Below, in pieces: positions 61,033 to 64,000 of a stretch of DNA of 64,000 bases (positions are counted from its first letter, which is position 1; every line of letters starts with the position of its first letter). A program made the position numbers and the translations under genes. This DNA is from Myxococcales bacterium. Lineage in GTDB: Bacteria; Myxococcota_A; Polyangia; Nannocystales; Nannocystaceae. The stretch is from contig JACKDV010000004.1 of assembly GCA_020633315.1 (NCBI GenBank), positions 448,071 to 512,070 on the forward strand, in the 5' to 3' direction. The notes beneath the pieces were generated by a model. The model had not been told where the DNA came from. It worked only from the letters and a program-made list of their open reading frames with translations, and made no database searches.

Positions 61033-61863
61033 TCATGGCTGGGCTCGGGGCGCCCCATTGGCGGACGAGGGAGTCGGGCGAAAGAAGCCCGGGAGGCCGA
61101 ACAAGCGCCCCGGGCCGGCCTGCTGGTGGCAGCCCGAGCACGACTCGATCGCCCCCACCGCGCTCACCGTCATCAGGTCGGGCTCCACGGTGGCGTAGAT
61201 CCAGCCGGCGTCGGTGCCGGGGAGCTCGCCCTTGGTCTGCATCATGATGAACAGGCCCTGGCGCTCGCCGGGCACGAAGCGCTGGCCGTCGCGGATCGCC
61301 GGTCGTAGGTCGCTGAAGAAGACGCCCTTGGCATCTTGGGCCTCGTCCCACGGCACCGGTCGGAACGACTCCTTGACGATCACCTGCTGGAGCTCGGGCA
61401 GCTCGGGCGAAACGCCCGGGCGCAGTGCCGACGGCTCCGCCCCGTAGGCCACCGGATCCATCGCATAGACGGTGTAGAGCTTCTCGCCGTGGGTGCCTCG
61501 ATCGTCGCTCTCGCTGATCCGAGCGGAGGCCGGCAGCGGCATGCGGCACAGGAACGGCGCCCACCGAGCCTCGTCGTCCACCCGCCCCCAGGCCGAGTAG
61601 GTGCCGACCACCTGCCGCACGGCATCGACCCAGCGCGGATCGTAGGGACGCTCGGGCTCTGCCGCCTCGGCCTCCGCCGTCTCGGGCTCCGCCGCCTCGG
61701 GCTCGCCAGGGCTCGCCGCGAGCTCGGCCCTCGGTGACTCGACCGCCACCATCGCCTGCTCGTCCGCCGGGGGCGTCCCGGGCTCGTCCGAGGACAGCTC
61801 CCCGGCGCAACCAGCACCGAGCAGACCGAGGAGCACCGGGGGCGACCACCACGCACGCGTCAT
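61033..61863 (-). CDS. Lipoprotein with C-terminal CxxCH haem-binding motif (possible cytochrome P460 / c'-beta family)
   Basis: Internal ATG: MTRAWWSPPVLLGLLGAGCAG lipobox. A single CSGCH lies ~35 aa from the C-terminus, the placement typical for P460/c'-beta. Confidence 0.6.
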   Translation of the reverse strand: MTRAWWSPPVLLGLLGAGCAGELSSDEPGTPPADEQAMVAVESPRAELAASPGEPEAAEPETAEAEAAEPERPYDPRWVDAVRQVVGTYSAWGRVDDEARWAPFLCRMPLPASARISESDDRGTHGEKLYTVYAMDPVAYGAEPSALRPGVSPELPELQQVIVKESFRPVPWDEAQDAKGVFFSDLRPAIRDGQRFVPGERQGLFIMMQTKGELPGTDAGWIYATVEPDLMTVSAVGAIESCSGCHQQAGPGRLFGLPGFFRPTPSSANGAPRAQP

Positions 61864-62046
61864 CGCCCCAGCATACGCACGAGGGCCCCGACGCGGTGGA
61901 TCGCCGCGACCCCTTCGAGCCCCGCGCCTCAGTGAGAGGACGCGTTGCGCAGGAACCGTGAGATCCGCAGCCACGTCGACTCGAAACCCCGCGGGCCGGG
62001 GATCAGGATCACGTGGGCGGCGGACATCGGCGACAGTGCCCCGAGT

Positions 62047-63060
62047 CTAGGACACCCGGATGCAGATCTTGCCCTGGTGCGCGCCCGATCTCAGGTGCTC
62101 GAACGCGGTCCGGGCCTCGTCGAAATCGAGCACGCGATCGACGAGCGGCCGGGTCTGGTGCAAGGAGAAGGCCCGGCCCATGGCCTCGAAGCCCTCGCGA
62201 TGGCCCACGAAGATGCCCTGCACCCGGACCTGGTTCATCAGCACCGGGGTGAGGGAGAGGTCGGCCCCGCCCGCCGCGAGCACCCCGATGAGGCTCACCG
62301 TGCCGCCGGGTCGCACCGCTCGCAGCGACTGCGCCATGGTCCCCACGCCCCCCACCTCCACCACGTGGTCGACCCCGCGGCCGCCGGTGAGGCTGCGTGC
62401 GGTCTTGCCCCACTGCGGATCCTGTCGGTAGTCGATGACCCTCCAGGCCCCGCGCGCCAGCAGGTCCTCGGCCTTGGCGGGCGAGCTGGTCGTCGCGATC
62501 ACCCGCGCCCCGTGCATGCGGGCGATCTCGAGCGCGAAGCTGCTCACGCCGCCCGTGCCCTGCACCAGCACCGTGTCGCCGGCCGCGATCCGTCCCTCGC
62601 CGACCAGCGCGCTCCAGGCCGTGAGCGCGGCGCAGGGCAGCGTGGAGGCCTCCACGTCGTCGAGGTGCTCGGGCACGCCGACCACCCCGCCCGCCTCGAG
62701 CACCACCTGCTGCGCCAGCATCCCGTCGAGCGGGCCGCCCAGGGTGCTGCGCTGGGCCTCGGCGCTGGGCGAGCCGGCCACCCAGCGCTGCACGAACAGG
62801 CCGGCCACGCGCTCGCCCACCTTCACCCCGCGCACGCCCTCGCCCACCGCATCGACCATGCCCACGCCATCGGAGCAGGGCACCAGCGGCAGGGGCTGCC
62901 GCGGGTTGTAGCGCCCCTCCACCATCATGAGATCGCGGTAGTTGAGCGAGACGGCCCGCACGCGCACGCGGACCTGACCGGGACCGGGCGTGGGCTCGGG
63001 TCGCTCCACGCGGGTGAGGTGGTCCAAGCCGAAGGCGTCGCGGATCTCGTAGGCCTGCAT
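62047..63060 (-). CDS. Zn-dependent alcohol dehydrogenase / quinone oxidoreductase family (MDR)
   Basis: VLVQGTGGVSSFALEIARMHGARVIATT Rossmann motif. 337 aa. Confidence 0.85.
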   Translation of the reverse strand: MQAYEIRDAFGLDHLTRVERPEPTPGPGQVRVRVRAVSLNYRDLMMVEGRYNPRQPLPLVPCSDGVGMVDAVGEGVRGVKVGERVAGLFVQRWVAGSPSAEAQRSTLGGPLDGMLAQQVVLEAGGVVGVPEHLDDVEASTLPCAALTAWSALVGEGRIAAGDTVLVQGTGGVSSFALEIARMHGARVIATTSSPAKAEDLLARGAWRVIDYRQDPQWGKTARSLTGGRGVDHVVEVGGVGTMAQSLRAVRPGGTVSLIGVLAAGGADLSLTPVLMNQVRVQGIFVGHREGFEAMGRAFSLHQTRPLVDRVLDFDEARTAFEHLRSGAHQGKICIRVS

Positions 63061-63106
63061 CGCCGGGGACCTTAGCGACCCGGGGCGAGGGCGTCGACGG
63101 TCGGGC

Positions 63107-63946
63107 TCAGCCGCCCGCCCCCTCGCCCGTGGGCTCGAGCCGGGTGCGTCGACGCTCGAGCCGGGAGGCCATGGTCCCGCCCTCGCCGACCAGGGGATGG
63201 GGACGGAATTCCACCGACATCTCCATGATCTCCTCGTGCTCCAGCAGCACGCCGCGCTGGGGGTCGATCCACAGGTGCCCGTGCAGGCCCAGCTCGGACT
63301 CGCCGATCACCGTGGCCATCGCCGGGGTGGGCTCGAGGGTGCCCTCGCCCCGCAGCGCCACCACCACCATGGTCGGGGTCACGCTGCTCACCTCGTACTG
63401 GATCTCGTAGCGGACCGTGGCCTGGAACAGCGAGGGCACCCGCATGCGCTGCGTCCAGCTCGTGCCCTCCACGACGGGCTCGCTCGGCAGCGGGGGGCGC
63501 AGGCCCTGCTCGCTGACCCGCACCGCCAGGCTGCGCAGCTCGATCTCGAGGGCGGCGCGGGCATCCTCTTGCTGCTGGGGAGGCTGCGCCCCGGCCAGCG
63601 CCTCGAAGCGGGTCCGCACCGCGGCGACGTAGGCCTCGGCGTCGTGCACCTGCTCGACCGCCCCGCGCGAGGTGATGCTGGCCACCAGCGGGACGTCGAG
63701 GTGCGCCAGCTTCTGGGCAGCGAGGCCGTCACGCAGCTCCGCCGCCGCCGTGCCCTGATCGAAGCTCTCCTCGCGCCCCCCCTCGTGGATGGTGACCTTC
63801 ATCGACACGGGGGTCCGCGACAGCCGAGCGCGGGTGTCGGTGGCCTCGAGCACCTCGAAGCGCTCGACGATCTCGGTGAGCATCACCGGCTGCTCGGGAT
63901 CCACGCTCTGCTTGGGGTGCCGCAGCAGGAACATCCGCTCGCGCAC
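63107..63946 (-). CDS. Hypothetical protein (279 aa)
   Basis: Balanced composition with no recognisable motif. The N-terminus is near the window edge, so the start is uncertain. Confidence 0.5.
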   Translation of the reverse strand: MRERMFLLRHPKQSVDPEQPVMLTEIVERFEVLEATDTRARLSRTPVSMKVTIHEGGREESFDQGTAAAELRDGLAAQKLAHLDVPLVASITSRGAVEQVHDAEAYVAAVRTRFEALAGAQPPQQQEDARAALEIELRSLAVRVSEQGLRPPLPSEPVVEGTSWTQRMRVPSLFQATVRYEIQYEVSSVTPTMVVVALRGEGTLEPTPAMATVIGESELGLHGHLWIDPQRGVLLEHEEIMEMSVEFRPHPLVGEGGTMASRLERRRTRLEPTGEGAGG

Positions 63947-64000
63947 CTGCTCCTGCCATTGCTCACCCGTCCCGAACGACCACTGCAGGCGAAGACCAGC

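Overview
The window is very GC-rich (~70-72%) and densely coding. Two proteins end in MYXO-CTERM sorting tails and one carries the myxobacterial cysteine-rich repeat, so this is almost certainly chromosomal DNA from a member of the Myxococcota. Because of the GC content, most very long ORFs in the six-frame track (several R/A/G/P-rich ORFs of 800-1400 aa) are artefacts. I call genes by protein plausibility (balanced composition, recognisable motifs, signal peptides or lipoboxes, RBS) and trimmed N-termini to internal starts where the upstream extension is Arg/Pro junk.

I support about 54 protein-coding genes and found no rRNA, tRNA, CRISPR array or obvious IS element.

Recognisable content:
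- clpS-clpA
- three ECF sigma factors, one with a textbook zf-HC2 anti-sigma partner
- two large Ser/Thr kinases with TPR tails, plus one minimal Ser/Thr kinase
- a radical-SAM/SPASM enzyme next to a P-loop kinase
- a DTW-domain gene translationally coupled to a cytochrome P450
- three or four vWA-domain proteins, including a VIT + P-domain + vWA protein directly downstream of the minimal kinase
- a gamma-class N6-adenine DNA methyltransferase with no endonuclease partner, coupled to lipoprotein genes
- two paralogous ~800-aa polytopic membrane proteins with a spermidine-synthase-like fold
- a DUF202 pair, an OmpA protein with thrombospondin type-3 repeats, and a DUF481 beta-barrel protein
- an old-yellow-enzyme reductase, two MDR oxidoreductases, an APH-family kinase and a sulfotransferase
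- a leaderless peptidoglycan-binding/CHAP hydrolase of lower GC content
- many lipoproteins of unknown function

Several features are not explained by the gene calls:
- the radical-SAM/P-loop cluster has no visible precursor peptide, and its 3' tail overlaps a convergent small gene
- an orphan LuxR-type HTH fragment with no start codon
- a paralog pair bracketing a TIM-barrel gene through start/stop overlaps
- a tandem duplication of a MYXO-CTERM tail
- in-frame coding VNTRs
- an AT-rich perfect palindrome in a divergent promoter
- a small membrane-protein gene hidden inside an artefact ORF

Coordinates of trimmed starts were computed from residue offsets in the ORF track and should be taken as +/-3 nt.
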